64,000 nucleotides of DNA from Rickettsiales bacterium (GCA_028223895.1 JAOIVE010000002.1:1463-65462), one strand, 5' to 3'; positions 36,114 to 46,748 are shown, counted from the first letter of the stretch. Made by a program: numbers and translations. Notes: generated from the sequence alone by a model not told the origin.

Positions 36114-36473
36114 ATGAAATTGGAAAAAGCATCAAAGATGCTATCTGCTTTGGCTCAAGAGACTAGAATTCAAATTTATAAGTTATTGGTGCAAGAAAGT
36201 GATGATGGTCTTTCTGCCGGTTCTATAGCAGAAATATTGCAGATTCCTTCGGCGACATTATCTTTTCATTTATCTCAATTAACAAATGCCGGATTGTTAA
36301 AAGCTCGTAAAGACGGGCGCACAATATATTATGCGGCAAAATATAAGGCAGTTAAAAAACTAATGAAGTTCTTAAATGAAAACTCATTTAAGAAAAGGGA
36401 AGTTGCAGCTGCTATGAATTCTCAGCTATCTTCATCATATTCTCAAGATGAAGAAAATGACGAAGATCTTTAA
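36114..36473 (+). CDS. ArsR/SmtB-family transcriptional regulator with acidic tail
   Basis: LSALAQETRIQIYKLL...SAGSIAEILQIPSATLSFHLSQLTNAGLL winged-helix pattern. Confidence 0.88.
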   Translation: MKLEKASKMLSALAQETRIQIYKLLVQESDDGLSAGSIAEILQIPSATLSFHLSQLTNAGLLKARKDGRTIYYAAKYKAVKKLMKFLNENSFKKREVAAAMNSQLSSSYSQDEENDEDL

Positions 36474-36482
36474 GTATTTTTT

Positions 36483-37277
36483 CTAAGAAACTCTGGCTCT
36501 TACCCATACAGGTGCATGGTCTGAAGGTTTTTCAAGGCCGCGTATTTCCTGATTTACTCCTGACGTTGTAACCATATCAGCAGCTTCTGGTGATAATAAT
36601 ATGTGGTCGATACGCATACCTTTATTTTGCTGCCAACTGCCTCCTCGGTAATCCCACCAGCTATATTGCTGAGTATGTGGGTTTGACAGGCGAAAAGCAT
36701 CTATCATGCCTAGACCGGTAAGTTTGCGAAATTTTTCACGTTCTTGTCGATGGCAGCAAATAGTTCCTTCTAGCGATTTTGGTGCATAAACATCAAGCTC
36801 TGGATATGGAGCAACATTATAATCGCCTCCAATCAAAAAAGGCTCTTCATATGAAAGACATTTTTTCGCATATTCATAAAGACGATCAAAAAAGCGCATT
36901 TTATATTGAAATTTTTCAGAGTCAGGGCTCTGTCCGTTTGGAACATAAACATTTGCAACCCTTATTGCTTTTTGTCCGGCGCAAATAACGGCCTCTATAA
37001 AACGTGCCTGTTCATCCTCTGGCTCTCCTGCAAGTTCAGTATTTACATCTTCTATTGGATATTTTGATAAAATTGCTACGCCATTATAGGTTTTTTGCCC
37101 GTGAACAGCAATATTGTAACCGCAATCTTCCACTTCCATAGAAGGAAAGGCTTCGGTTATGCATTTTATTTCTTGCAGAAGTAAAATATCCGGCGCTTCA
37201 TCGCTGCGAAGGTAATCAAGAAGATGTTGTATGCGTGATTTTACAGAATTAACATTCCATGTGGCTATGGTAATCAT
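36483..37277 (-). CDS. xthA: Exodeoxyribonuclease III
   Basis: The start at 37277 (MITIATWNVNS) forms an ATGA overlap with the upstream SBP stop. LLQEIK, GDYNVAP and SDHAPV motifs. Confidence 0.93.
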   Translation of the reverse strand: MITIATWNVNSVKSRIQHLLDYLRSDEAPDILLLQEIKCITEAFPSMEVEDCGYNIAVHGQKTYNGVAILSKYPIEDVNTELAGEPEDEQARFIEAVICAGQKAIRVANVYVPNGQSPDSEKFQYKMRFFDRLYEYAKKCLSYEEPFLIGGDYNVAPYPELDVYAPKSLEGTICCHRQEREKFRKLTGLGMIDAFRLSNPHTQQYSWWDYRGGSWQQNKGMRIDHILLSPEAADMVTTSGVNQEIRGLEKPSDHAPVWVRARVS

Positions 37278-39088
37278 TTTATCTCCTTTAACTTTTCTTC
37301 TTTTTTGGGATCTATCCACCAGCTATCTATGAAACCAAGGGAGTAGGGGGCGACAACTTCTGGTCGGCCAAATTTATTCCAGTAAATAACTCTATGGCTG
37401 CGTGAATACCATTGCGGTATAACATAAAAATTCCATAATAAGATTCTGTCTAATGCCCTTGTTGCTGTAATTAGTTCATCTTTGTTTTTTGCATTTATAA
37501 TTTTATTAACCATAAAATCAACAGCAGGATTTTTTATACCAATCAAATTGCGACTGCCTTTTTTATCTGCCCTTGATGAATGCCAGTAGTCAAGCTGTTC
37601 ATTGCCTGGAGACGGGCCTTGCGTGAACCAGTTTACAATGATATCAAAATCAAACTCCTCGCGGCGCTTTATATATTGAGAAGAGTCAACTGACCTTATA
37701 GTTCCTTCAATGCCTAGCTTTTTTAAATTACGTATAAATGGCGCAATAACTCTTTCAAATGCCGGAGAGGCAATAAGAAATTCTATTTTTACCTGCTCAC
37801 CAGTTTCTGGATTAATCCTTTTCATATTAACAAGAGGCCATCCTGCTTCATCAAGAAGTTGCTGGGCTTTTATAAGATTTGGACGAGAATTTCCATCTCC
37901 TTCTGTGGTTGGAGGTGTGTATATTTTATTAAACAGCCTATCGGGCAATTTATCCTTAAACTGATTTAATAATTTTAATTCCGCAGCAGATGGAAGCCCT
38001 GTGGCGCCAAACTCAGAATTGCCAAAGAAGCTGCTATTGCGAGCATATGCGCTAAAAAATAACTGCTTATTTGCCCATTCAAAATCATAAGCATAGCTTA
38101 AAGCTTCGCGTATTTTAGGATTCTTAAAATTAGAGCGCCTCGTATTAAAAGCAAAGCATTGCATTCCAGTTGGAGTGCCGTCAACCAGCTCTTCCTTTAT
38201 CATGCGTCCATCTTTTATCTGCTCGATATTGTAGGCATTTGCCCATGTTTTTGAGATATTTTCGCGGCGGAAGTCATATTCTCCTGCTTTTAGAGCTTCA
38301 ACTGCGACGGTTGCATCTCTGTAATAATCAATATTTATTTGGTCAAAATTATAACGACCCTTATTTACAGGGAGGTCTTTTGCCCAATAATCCTCATATC
38401 TTTGATAAGAAATTGAACGCCCGGCCTCAACTTTTAAAACTTTATAAGGACCGCTGGTGATGGGCGGGTTTAATGTTGTTTTAGTGAAATCATTATTTTG
38501 ATAATATGCTTTAGATATAATCGGTAACTGCCCAATAATTAAGGGTAATTCTCTGTTTCCGCTATTTTTAAATGTAAATTTAACACGCTGATCGTTAATC
38601 TCTTCAGCTTTGGATATTTCAGCATAATATGACTTGTAATATGGATGACCTTTTTCTTTTATCGTATTAAACGAGAAGACAACATCAGAGGATGTAATTG
38701 CAGATCCATCATGCCATTTAGCCTCTTTACGTAAGTTGAATATTACGCTTCCTCTATCTTCTGCAACCTCAATTGACTCTGCAATTAGCCCATATTCTGA
38801 AAATGTCTCGTCAGCCGAATTAGTTAAAAGAGTATCATATGTAAGTTCCAACCCTTCAGCGGCCACCCCTTTTAATATATAGGGGTTTAAATTATCGAAA
38901 GTGCCAATTGCAGCAATTGTTACTTCTCCTCCTTTTGGAGCATCGGGATTTACATAATCAAAATGAGCAAAATCTTTATCATATTTTAAGTCACCAAACA
39001 TTGAAATTCCATGCATGGGAGCAGCATTTGAAGCTGATGTAAGGAAAAATATCAGATATAAAAAACTTGTAAGGCGACTTATTTTCAT
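37274..39088 (-). CDS. ABC transporter substrate-binding protein, family 5 (YejA-like peptide-binding protein)
   Basis: Signal peptide ...TSASNA|AP. HGISMFGDLKYDKDFAHFDYVNPDAPKGGEV N-terminal block typical of YejA-type SBPs. 604 aa. Confidence 0.85.
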   Translation of the reverse strand: MKISRLTSFLYLIFFLTSASNAAPMHGISMFGDLKYDKDFAHFDYVNPDAPKGGEVTIAAIGTFDNLNPYILKGVAAEGLELTYDTLLTNSADETFSEYGLIAESIEVAEDRGSVIFNLRKEAKWHDGSAITSSDVVFSFNTIKEKGHPYYKSYYAEISKAEEINDQRVKFTFKNSGNRELPLIIGQLPIISKAYYQNNDFTKTTLNPPITSGPYKVLKVEAGRSISYQRYEDYWAKDLPVNKGRYNFDQINIDYYRDATVAVEALKAGEYDFRRENISKTWANAYNIEQIKDGRMIKEELVDGTPTGMQCFAFNTRRSNFKNPKIREALSYAYDFEWANKQLFFSAYARNSSFFGNSEFGATGLPSAAELKLLNQFKDKLPDRLFNKIYTPPTTEGDGNSRPNLIKAQQLLDEAGWPLVNMKRINPETGEQVKIEFLIASPAFERVIAPFIRNLKKLGIEGTIRSVDSSQYIKRREEFDFDIIVNWFTQGPSPGNEQLDYWHSSRADKKGSRNLIGIKNPAVDFMVNKIINAKNKDELITATRALDRILLWNFYVIPQWYSRSHRVIYWNKFGRPEVVAPYSLGFIDSWWIDPKKEEKLKEIK

Positions 39089-39094
39089 AGTCTC

Positions 39095-40105
39095 CTAGTC
39101 CTCTTCCCACGGGCTTGGGCTTATTTCAATATCTCTTTTTTCCTTAGATGATTCCTTTTTATATTCATCCTTTTTTATATTTTTTAATGCAGAAGCTTTA
39201 TTATAAATTGTCATAGCCTGCGCTACCATAGAGCCTATATCATTGCTATTTGCAGGAAGTAAAATTGTAGTACCTTCTTTGGCTAACTGCTTAAATGCTT
39301 CAACATATTGCTCTGCTATTTTAAATGAAACAGCTTCGTTTCCGCCTTCTGTGGTAATAGATTTTGAAATCTTACTAATTCCCTCTGCAGTTGCTGTTGC
39401 AACAGATAAAATAGCTTCAGCTTCACCTTTTGCTAAATTAACCTGTTCGGTCATATTGGCTTCTGATGCTAAAACTATGGCTTTTTTATCGCCTTGAGCG
39501 CGATTAATCTCAGCATCACGTTTACCTTCAGATTCTAATATCTCAGCGCGTTTTTGTCTTTCTGCGGCAACTTCAAGCTCCATTGCTTCGAGAACTGAAG
39601 CCGGAGGAGTTATATCCTTTATTTCATAGCGCATGCACTGAATACCCCATGCGTTGGCCGCTTCATTTATAGCTCTTACTATGTTCACATTTAAGGCTTC
39701 TCTTTCTTCAAAAGTTTTATCAAGAGTTATCTTACCTATCTCTGAACGCATAGTTGTTTGGGCAAGTTGAGATATAGCATAATATGGATCGCTAACACCA
39801 TAAGATGCATTAATAGGATCAACTATCTTTAAATATAAAACACCATCAATACTAAGAGTAACGTTATCTTTGGTAATAGCTGTCTGTTGCTGGACGTCAA
39901 TGGCATCTTCTTTTAAAGAATGTTTGTAAGAAACCCTTTGTACATATGGTATTATAATATTTAATCCAGGGCTTAACACGCTGGTGAATTTTCCTAAAGT
40001 TTCTATAACCCATGCCTGTTGTTGAGGAACAATTTTTATTCCTTTAAAAACTGTCAGAACGCAAATAAATGCTATTACTGCACCAAAAATCGTAGAATCA
40101 TTCAT
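39095..40105 (-). CDS. SPFH/band-7 (stomatin-like) membrane protein
   Basis: N-terminal TM, then GIKIVPQQQAWVIETLGKF and the SPFH core. Ala/Glu-rich coiled-coil tail. Downstream of an NfeD gene. Confidence 0.9.
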   Translation of the reverse strand: MNDSTIFGAVIAFICVLTVFKGIKIVPQQQAWVIETLGKFTSVLSPGLNIIIPYVQRVSYKHSLKEDAIDVQQQTAITKDNVTLSIDGVLYLKIVDPINASYGVSDPYYAISQLAQTTMRSEIGKITLDKTFEEREALNVNIVRAINEAANAWGIQCMRYEIKDITPPASVLEAMELEVAAERQKRAEILESEGKRDAEINRAQGDKKAIVLASEANMTEQVNLAKGEAEAILSVATATAEGISKISKSITTEGGNEAVSFKIAEQYVEAFKQLAKEGTTILLPANSNDIGSMVAQAMTIYNKASALKNIKKDEYKKESSKEKRDIEISPSPWEED

Positions 40106-40127
40106 TTGCAGCTCCTTAATGCTGAAG

Positions 40128-40601
40128 TTATTTGTTTTTTGAACTCACAATTAAAGTATTGCCATCAACTTTTATTATTTTCACCTCTTGTCCAACTTCA
40201 ACTTCTTCTTTTTGAACTTTGGGCTCTAGCCTTGCATTCATTATAGTTCCAGACCATTTAACCTGACCTTCTTTGTCGCATGTTAGGGCAGAATCTACAA
40301 CAATAGCTGTGCCTCCTTCAACATCTTTATAGTTAATGTCAGAAGAAGAGTTTAAAAGTTTCTTCAGAGGCTTCCATAAAAACGATGCCCAAACGGAAGT
40401 TAATATAAGAAAAAATAAAATCTGCTGCCAATAGTTACTACTATCAGATATTTGCATTATTATTAGTCCGCCTACACTTACAGCTCCTAATCCTGCAAAT
40501 AAAAAACCTATACCTGGGGTAAAGAATACTTCGATAATAATAAAAATCGCCCCTAAGGTGAGCCATATTATTGATATATGTTCAGTTAGGAGCGATTGCA
40601 T
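40128..40601 (-). CDS. NfeD-family membrane protein
   Basis: Three or four TM helices plus a C-terminal OB-like GQVKWSGTIMNARL...VKIIKVDGNTLIV. Classical NfeD-SPFH operon. Confidence 0.85.
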   Translation of the reverse strand: MQSLLTEHISIIWLTLGAIFIIIEVFFTPGIGFLFAGLGAVSVGGLIIMQISDSSNYWQQILFFLILTSVWASFLWKPLKKLLNSSSDINYKDVEGGTAIVVDSALTCDKEGQVKWSGTIMNARLEPKVQKEEVEVGQEVKIIKVDGNTLIVSSKNK

Positions 40602-40624
40602 CTGTTAAATTCCTCGAGCTTTTA

Positions 40625-41164
40625 TTATGGCAACTCTATCGGATTGTCACTATTTTGACGTAAAAATGCTATCAGATTAGCTACGTCTTCGGGTTTTCTA
40701 AGGCCTGCGAAGCTCATTTTAGTTCCTGGAGCAAACTCTTTAGGCTTTTTCAGGAATGCAAATAGAGAGTCATAATCCCACTTTCCACCTTTTTCACTTA
40801 AAGCTGATGAATATTGATATCCATCTTTCTTAGCTTTTTCAGCGCCAACTATGTCATACAAGTTTGGGCCAACTCTGTTTTTATCGCCTTTATCAATAGT
40901 GTGGCAAGTTGCGCATTTTTTGAATATTTTCTTACCGGTTTCAGCATTTGCTAAAGACATTAATTTAGATATATCTATAACTTCGGGAGCAGAATTTGCC
41001 TCTCCACCTGGTTTTTCAGATGATTGAACGCTGGCCATTTCCTCTTCAGAATGTTCAAACTTTTCTGTTTTATATAATATATCAGCTGCTTTTCCTGCAA
41101 CAGTTGCCAATAATCCCGCAACTAAGATTGATGCTGCTATCTTATTAAATTCTAAGTCTTTCAT
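40625..41164 (-). CDS. Membrane-anchored class I cytochrome c
   Basis: N-terminal TM anchor. CATCH heme-binding motif followed by GPNLYDIVG, and the distal Met in GTKMSFAGL. Confidence 0.9.
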   Translation of the reverse strand: MKDLEFNKIAASILVAGLLATVAGKAADILYKTEKFEHSEEEMASVQSSEKPGGEANSAPEVIDISKLMSLANAETGKKIFKKCATCHTIDKGDKNRVGPNLYDIVGAEKAKKDGYQYSSALSEKGGKWDYDSLFAFLKKPKEFAPGTKMSFAGLRKPEDVANLIAFLRQNSDNPIELP

Positions 41165-41338
41165 AATAACTCTCGATAAAATAATTTTGGTTATACCTTA
41201 TAGTACTAATTATATGTTAGACGCAATATAATTTTCATGATTTTTTGCATAATAGAAATATGAGTTATTTACAGTTATTGTTAAAAAAGATTATAATAGA
41301 CAGCGTTTTATAAAAAGTTTTTTGAAAGGTTCTTTAGA

Positions 41339-42688
41339 ATGTCGCACGTCTTTCCTCGCAATAACAAGGCTTCTTATCCTGTAGCAGTTAAAGGAGATGG
41401 CCCTTATATAATAGATAGTAATGGAAAAAAATATTTTGATGGATGCTGTGGGGCGGCGGTTTCTTGTTTGGGGCATAATAATAAATCTGTTGTAGATGCC
41501 ATAACTAGTCAGATAAATAAAATAGCGTATGCGCATACAGGTTTCTTCACAAATGAACCGGCAGAAGAATTAGCTGATTGGCTTATTCAAAGAGCCCCTG
41601 AGGGTCTTGATCGTGTATATTTTGTTTCTGGTGGATCAGAGGCGGTTGAAGCTGCTATAAAATTATCAAGACAATATTTTCTTGAAAAAGGTAAAAGCAA
41701 TAAGCGCTATGTTATTGCTCGCTGGCAGAGTTATCATGGAAATACTATAGGCGCTTTATCTGCTGGTGGCAATTTGTGGAGAAGAGAAAAATTTAAACCT
41801 TTATTGGTGGAAATGAGTCATATTTCAGCCTGCTATGAATATAGAGGAAAAAAAGATGGTGAAAGCTCATTTGAATATGGTCAAAGGGTTGCTAATGAGT
41901 TAGAAGACAGAATTCTTGAGCTTGGCGCGGATAATGTAATGTCATTTATTGCAGAACCAGTAGTTGGCGCAACAATGGGGTGTGTTCCTGCGGTTGAGGG
42001 TTATTTTAAAAGGATAAGGGAAATTTGTGATAAATATGAAGTTTTGCTTATTTTAGATGAGGTTATGTGTGGAATGGGTCGTACCGGAACTTTGTTCGCG
42101 TGTGAGCAAGATGGTATTACTGCAGATATAATGACAATAGCAAAAGGTCTTGGTGGAGGATATCAGGCCATTGGAGCTACTTTGGTTTCTAAAGAGATTT
42201 ATGAAACTATAACTCAAGGCAGCGGTTTCTTTCAGCATGGGCACACTTATATAGGTCATGCGACAGCTTGTGCTGCATCTTTGGCAGTTCAAAAGGAAAT
42301 TGAGAAAGAGGGTCTTCTTCAAAATGTTGTTGAAAAAGGCGATTTGCTTAGATCTGCTTTGCAGGATCGCTTTTCAAATCATAAAAATGTTGGCGATATA
42401 AGAGGTAGGGGGTTGTTTTTAGGTGTAGAATTTGTTAAAAATAAAGATACTAAAGAGCCATTTTCTGCTGATGAAAAAATAAATGCTAAACTTAAAGCTG
42501 CTGCTATGGAAGAAGGCTTAATGTGTTATGCTATGGGAGGCACTATAGATGGTAAATCTGGCGACCATGTCATGTTTGCTCCTCCTTTTATAATTACTGA
42601 AAGCAATATTAATGAACTAGTTAATAAATTTGATATTGCTTTTGCTAAAATATTTGGTTCTAGGCGTGGTAGTGAGGAGGCTGCTTAG
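41339..42688 (+). CDS. Class III PLP-dependent aminotransferase (omega-aminotransferase family)
   Basis: SGGSEAVEAAIKL, ILDEVMCGMGRTG and the PLP lysine in DIMTIAKGLGGGY. Ends ...GSEEAA. Confidence 0.9.
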   Translation: MSHVFPRNNKASYPVAVKGDGPYIIDSNGKKYFDGCCGAAVSCLGHNNKSVVDAITSQINKIAYAHTGFFTNEPAEELADWLIQRAPEGLDRVYFVSGGSEAVEAAIKLSRQYFLEKGKSNKRYVIARWQSYHGNTIGALSAGGNLWRREKFKPLLVEMSHISACYEYRGKKDGESSFEYGQRVANELEDRILELGADNVMSFIAEPVVGATMGCVPAVEGYFKRIREICDKYEVLLILDEVMCGMGRTGTLFACEQDGITADIMTIAKGLGGGYQAIGATLVSKEIYETITQGSGFFQHGHTYIGHATACAASLAVQKEIEKEGLLQNVVEKGDLLRSALQDRFSNHKNVGDIRGRGLFLGVEFVKNKDTKEPFSADEKINAKLKAAAMEEGLMCYAMGGTIDGKSGDHVMFAPPFIITESNINELVNKFDIAFAKIFGSRRGSEEAA

Positions 42689-42867
42689 TTTTCTGTAGAT
42701 TGCAACAGGTTGTTATATAAGAATATTTTTATTTTAATTATATCTATGGTTTAAAATATTACAAAATATTCTTGTAGGTATATTAAATCTGTGTTACCAA
42801 CTTTCTTCTGCGATTTGCAGTAGTTAGATTATTGACGAATATTAAAGACTAAAAGAGGTAAGTTTTC

Positions 42868-43851
42868 ATGAGTTCATTAAAGATATTTTCCGTCATTGCT
42901 ATGGTGGCTTCGGTATTTTTTGCTTATAATTCAAATCAGGCTGAGGCTTCTGATAAATTTGTTACTATAGGTACTGGCGGTGTTACGGGTGTTTACTACC
43001 CAACAGGTGGCGCTATTTGTCGCTTAGTAAATCGTGGGCGTAAAGATCATGGTATTCGTTGCTCTGTTGAGTCTACGGGTGGTTCTGTATATAACCTTAA
43101 TGCATTGCGTGAAGGCGGTATGGATCTGGCTGTTGCTCAGTCTGACTGGCAGTATCATGCATATAACGGATCAACAATTTTTGCAGCACAAGGGCCTTTT
43201 AAGGATTTGCGCTCAGTTTTCTCTCTTCATACTGAGGCTTTCACTTTAGTTGTAAGGGATGATTCTGGAATTAACAAGCTTACTGATTTGGTTAATAAGC
43301 GTGTTAATATAGGAAATCCAGGTTCTGGTAACCGTGCTACTATGGAAGTTGTGATGTCTGCGATGGGATGGACAAAAAAATCTTTTAAAATTGCCTCTGA
43401 GTTAAAAGGTTCTGAGCAGCCTCAAGCTCTTTGTGATAATAAAATAGACGCTATGGTTTATAATGCTGGTCATCCAAATGGAGCTGTTCAGGAAGTTGCT
43501 ACTTCTTGTGAGGTTAAAATAATTCCAGTTTCTGGAGAAGCTATAGATAAGTTGGTTGATAGCAATCCTTATTATGCTTACACTACTATACCTGGCGGTA
43601 TGTATGCTGGTAATCCTGAAGATGTTAAGACTTTTGGTGTTAAGGCAACTTTCGTTTCTACCAGTAAAGTAGATGAAAATGTTATTTATCAGGTTGTTAA
43701 AGCTGTTTTTGATAATTTTGATAACTTTAAGACTTTGCATCCTGTATTTGTAAATCTTGATCCAAAGCGTTTGGTTAGAGAAGGAAATGCAGCTCCATTG
43801 CATAGGGGTGCTGCTCGTTATTTCAAAGAGCGTGGTCTTCTTGAGGAATAA
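42868..43851 (+). CDS. TAXI-family TRAP transporter solute-binding protein
   Basis: Signal peptide. TIGTGGVTGVYYPTGGAIC and HRGAARYFKE motifs typical of TAXI (Imp-like) SBPs. Followed by a fused TRAP permease. Confidence 0.9.
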   Translation: MSSLKIFSVIAMVASVFFAYNSNQAEASDKFVTIGTGGVTGVYYPTGGAICRLVNRGRKDHGIRCSVESTGGSVYNLNALREGGMDLAVAQSDWQYHAYNGSTIFAAQGPFKDLRSVFSLHTEAFTLVVRDDSGINKLTDLVNKRVNIGNPGSGNRATMEVVMSAMGWTKKSFKIASELKGSEQPQALCDNKIDAMVYNAGHPNGAVQEVATSCEVKIIPVSGEAIDKLVDSNPYYAYTTIPGGMYAGNPEDVKTFGVKATFVSTSKVDENVIYQVVKAVFDNFDNFKTLHPVFVNLDPKRLVREGNAAPLHRGAARYFKERGLLEE

Positions 43852-43877
43852 AGAGTTTTATAGTTAATTTCTTAAAA

Positions 43878-43906
43878 AAGGGAGCTTTTTAAGTTCCCTT
43901 TTTTTG
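43878..43906 (+). terminator. Rho-independent terminator after the TAXI SBP gene
   Basis: AAGGGAGCTT-TTT-AAGTTCCCTT hairpin (one G-U pair) followed by TTTTTT. Confidence 0.75.
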
Positions 43907-44095
43907 TATCCAAAGTAAGCCTTCATGTCAGGTGGATGTCTTTGCTGTTGTAATTTTGCGCAAGCGTTGTTTGGTTAATGTTACATATGTGTGTAAATAC
44001 CTGAAGTTTGTTTTTGTATTATATAAATATTACTTTTCGTTTGCTTTTTTTTTGATATAGTCTCTGGACTTTTTGTTAATTACAAGAGAGGTTGT

Positions 44096-46717
44096 ATGAG
44101 CGCTAATGTTAAAAATGGTAAGGCAGCTTCAGCAGAAGAATTAGAAGATCTTGTTATAGAAAGTGATAGTGGCGCAAGGAAGCCTGGCGGTAATGTTGGT
44201 AAGTTACTTTTATTCTCGGCATTATTCTGGTCGATTTTTCAAATTTGGGTTTCTTCACCTTTGCCATATACTAGTATAGCTAGTTTTCTTCATATCCCTA
44301 TATTTAACAGTACTGAGTCAAGATTTATACATTTGGCGTTTGCTTTGTTTATTGCTTTTTTAGCTTACCCTGCGACAAAAAACTCACCTCGCGACTATGT
44401 TCCCTTGCAAGACTGGTTGTTTGCTCTTATTGGAACCGCTTGCGTTTTATATTTATATTTTTTCAGGGATGACTTGGCTGTTCGTACAGGTTTGCCGAAT
44501 AACTTTGATATATTAATTTCTGCTGTAGGAATATTATTGTTGTTAGAGGCTGCAAGGCGTGCCTTAGGTCCTCCGCTTGTTATAATTGCTTCTATATTTT
44601 TGTTTTATACTTTTGCCGGCAGTATGTCTTTTATGCCTGATGTAATTGCTCATAAGGGGCAGTCAGTGGCAAAAGTTGCTTCGCATCAATGGTTAACAAC
44701 AGAAGGCGTTTTTGGTATAGCTATTGGCGTATCTACAGATTTTGTCTTCTTGTTCGTTTTATTCGGCGCTTTGCTTGAAAGGGCAGGTGCGGGTAACTAT
44801 TTTATTAAATTAGCATTTTCTATGTTAGGTCATTTTAGAGGTGGACCAGCTAAGGCAGCTGTTTTATCTTCTGCGATGACTGGTTTGATATCTGGTTCTT
44901 CAATTGCAAATGTTGTTACAACTGGCACATTTACAATTCCTTTGATGAGAAGGGTTGGTTTTAGCCGTGAAAAGGCGGGAGCTGTGGAGGTTGCATCTTC
45001 AGTTAATGGTCAGATAATGCCTCCGGTTATGGGAGCGGCAGCATTTTTAATGGTTGAGTATGTTGGAATTAGTTATGTAGAGGTAGTAAAAGCTGCTTTT
45101 ATTCCGGCTGTTATTTCTTATATAGCCTTGTTATATTTAGTGCATTTGGAAGCTCTTAAAGCTGACATGAGGGCTATTCCAAAATCTGTTAATGGTACTT
45201 TGGTTCAATCTTTGATTTCCGTAGGCCTTACGGTTTCCAGTATTATTATACTTGCAGGTGTAGTGTATTTTGGAGTTGGCTGGGTAAAGGATCTTTTCCC
45301 TAAATATGCCTCTTATATTTTGGCTTTATTAGTTACTCTGGTATATGTTTTGTTACTTTGGTATGCTTCAAAAGTTCCGGATCTTGAGATGGATGATCCA
45401 AATGCACGTATAGTTAAACTTCCTGAGACTGGACCAACTGCCAAGACTGGATTTCATTATATCTTACCAATAGTTGTTTTGGTTTGGTGTTTGATGGTGG
45501 AGCGTTTATCTCCTGGTTTATCAGCTTTCTGGGCCACTATATTTATGGCCTTTATAGTCATAACTCAAAAGCCAATAAAGATGTTATTTAGAAAAGCTGG
45601 GAATATTAAAGAGGGATTTGTTGATGGATCTTATGACTTACTAGACGGTCTTGTAACTGGCGCACGCAACATGGTTGGTATTGGTATAGCTACTGCTGCT
45701 GCCGGTATAATAGTTGGATCTGTTTCATTGACTGGTGTTGGTCAGGTTATGACTGAATTGGTTGAGATAATATCTGGCGGTTCTTTTGTATTAGTTTTGA
45801 TATTTACTGCTATGATATGCCTTGTTTTGGGAATGGGTCTTCCAACTACAGCAAATTATATCGTTGTGGCTAGTTTAATGGCTTCTGTTATAAGAGACTT
45901 GGCTGCGCAAAATGGAATGGATATTCCGTTGATTGCAATACATCTTTTTGTATTTTACTTTGGTATAATGGCTGATGTGACTCCTCCTGTGGGATTGGCT
46001 TCTTTTGCGGCGGCGGCTGTTTCTGGTGGGGACCCCATAAGAACTGGTGTGCAGGCCTTTTTATATAGTATCAGAACGGTTATTTTGCCTTTCATATTTA
46101 TATATAATACGGAGCTGCTGCTTTATGGTGTTGATAGCTGGATTGTAGGAATGTGGGTATTTATTAAGGCAACTGTAGCGATATTAATATTTGCAGCTGC
46201 AACTCAGGGATGGTTGATTATTCGCAGCAAGTTGCATGAGTCTTTAATATTGCTTGTAGTGGCATTTGCTTTGTTTAGGCCAGGTTTCTTTGTCGATTTA
46301 TTCACTCCTCCTTATGTAACTGTTGGAGCTACTGAAACTGAGAAAGTAGTTGGTAAGATGAAAGAGGGCGAAGTTCTTAAATTAAGTGTTCTTGGTGAGA
46401 ATCGTTATGGTGATCCTAAATCATTTGTAGTACACATGCCAATTACTAAGGGTGGAAGTGGTTCTGAGCGTTTGGAGCGTTTCGGTATAGTGCTTTCTAA
46501 AGAAAGTGGAAAAATGGTTGTTAGCGATGTTTTGTTCAATAGTGAAGCTGAAAAATCAGGACTTGATTTTGATTTTGTTATTACATCAATTGATGTTCCG
46601 CAGCCTCAATTTGACAAAAATTGGATATATGTGATTGCTTTAATAGGGTTTTTTGGTGTAGTAATTGCTCAGCGCTCAAGAAAGTCTATGTTTGTATCTG
46701 TACAGCAAGCAGCATAA
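44096..46717 (+). CDS. TRAP transporter fused permease (TAXI type) with C-terminal soluble extension
   Basis: 873-aa polytopic protein. Position after the TAXI SBP. The C-terminal ~130 aa are non-membrane, like the DUF3394 extension of TAXI permeases. Confidence 0.85.
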   Translation: MSANVKNGKAASAEELEDLVIESDSGARKPGGNVGKLLLFSALFWSIFQIWVSSPLPYTSIASFLHIPIFNSTESRFIHLAFALFIAFLAYPATKNSPRDYVPLQDWLFALIGTACVLYLYFFRDDLAVRTGLPNNFDILISAVGILLLLEAARRALGPPLVIIASIFLFYTFAGSMSFMPDVIAHKGQSVAKVASHQWLTTEGVFGIAIGVSTDFVFLFVLFGALLERAGAGNYFIKLAFSMLGHFRGGPAKAAVLSSAMTGLISGSSIANVVTTGTFTIPLMRRVGFSREKAGAVEVASSVNGQIMPPVMGAAAFLMVEYVGISYVEVVKAAFIPAVISYIALLYLVHLEALKADMRAIPKSVNGTLVQSLISVGLTVSSIIILAGVVYFGVGWVKDLFPKYASYILALLVTLVYVLLLWYASKVPDLEMDDPNARIVKLPETGPTAKTGFHYILPIVVLVWCLMVERLSPGLSAFWATIFMAFIVITQKPIKMLFRKAGNIKEGFVDGSYDLLDGLVTGARNMVGIGIATAAAGIIVGSVSLTGVGQVMTELVEIISGGSFVLVLIFTAMICLVLGMGLPTTANYIVVASLMASVIRDLAAQNGMDIPLIAIHLFVFYFGIMADVTPPVGLASFAAAAVSGGDPIRTGVQAFLYSIRTVILPFIFIYNTELLLYGVDSWIVGMWVFIKATVAILIFAAATQGWLIIRSKLHESLILLVVAFALFRPGFFVDLFTPPYVTVGATETEKVVGKMKEGEVLKLSVLGENRYGDPKSFVVHMPITKGGSGSERLERFGIVLSKESGKMVVSDVLFNSEAEKSGLDFDFVITSIDVPQPQFDKNWIYVIALIGFFGVVIAQRSRKSMFVSVQQAA

Positions 46718-46748
46718 TAATGGTTTTATATTAAATAGGATTTTTTAT

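Noticed and set aside
41291-41536. An 81-aa minus-strand ORF overlapping the start of the aminotransferase gene.
   Set aside because: It overlaps the conserved N-terminus of the plus-strand aminotransferase. There is no SD and no motif.
43402-43803. A 133-aa minus-strand ORF within the TAXI SBP gene.
   Set aside because: It is antisense to a well-supported conserved gene, with an Ile/Asn/Phe-rich translation typical of AT-rich antisense frames.
43925-43978. A Cys-rich 17-aa mini-ORF (MSGGCLCCCNFAQALFG) between the TAXI SBP and TRAP permease genes.
   Set aside because: It has no Shine-Dalgarno, no signal sequence and no terminator of its own. It sits just after the SBP terminator in a probable promoter region and is most likely fortuitous.
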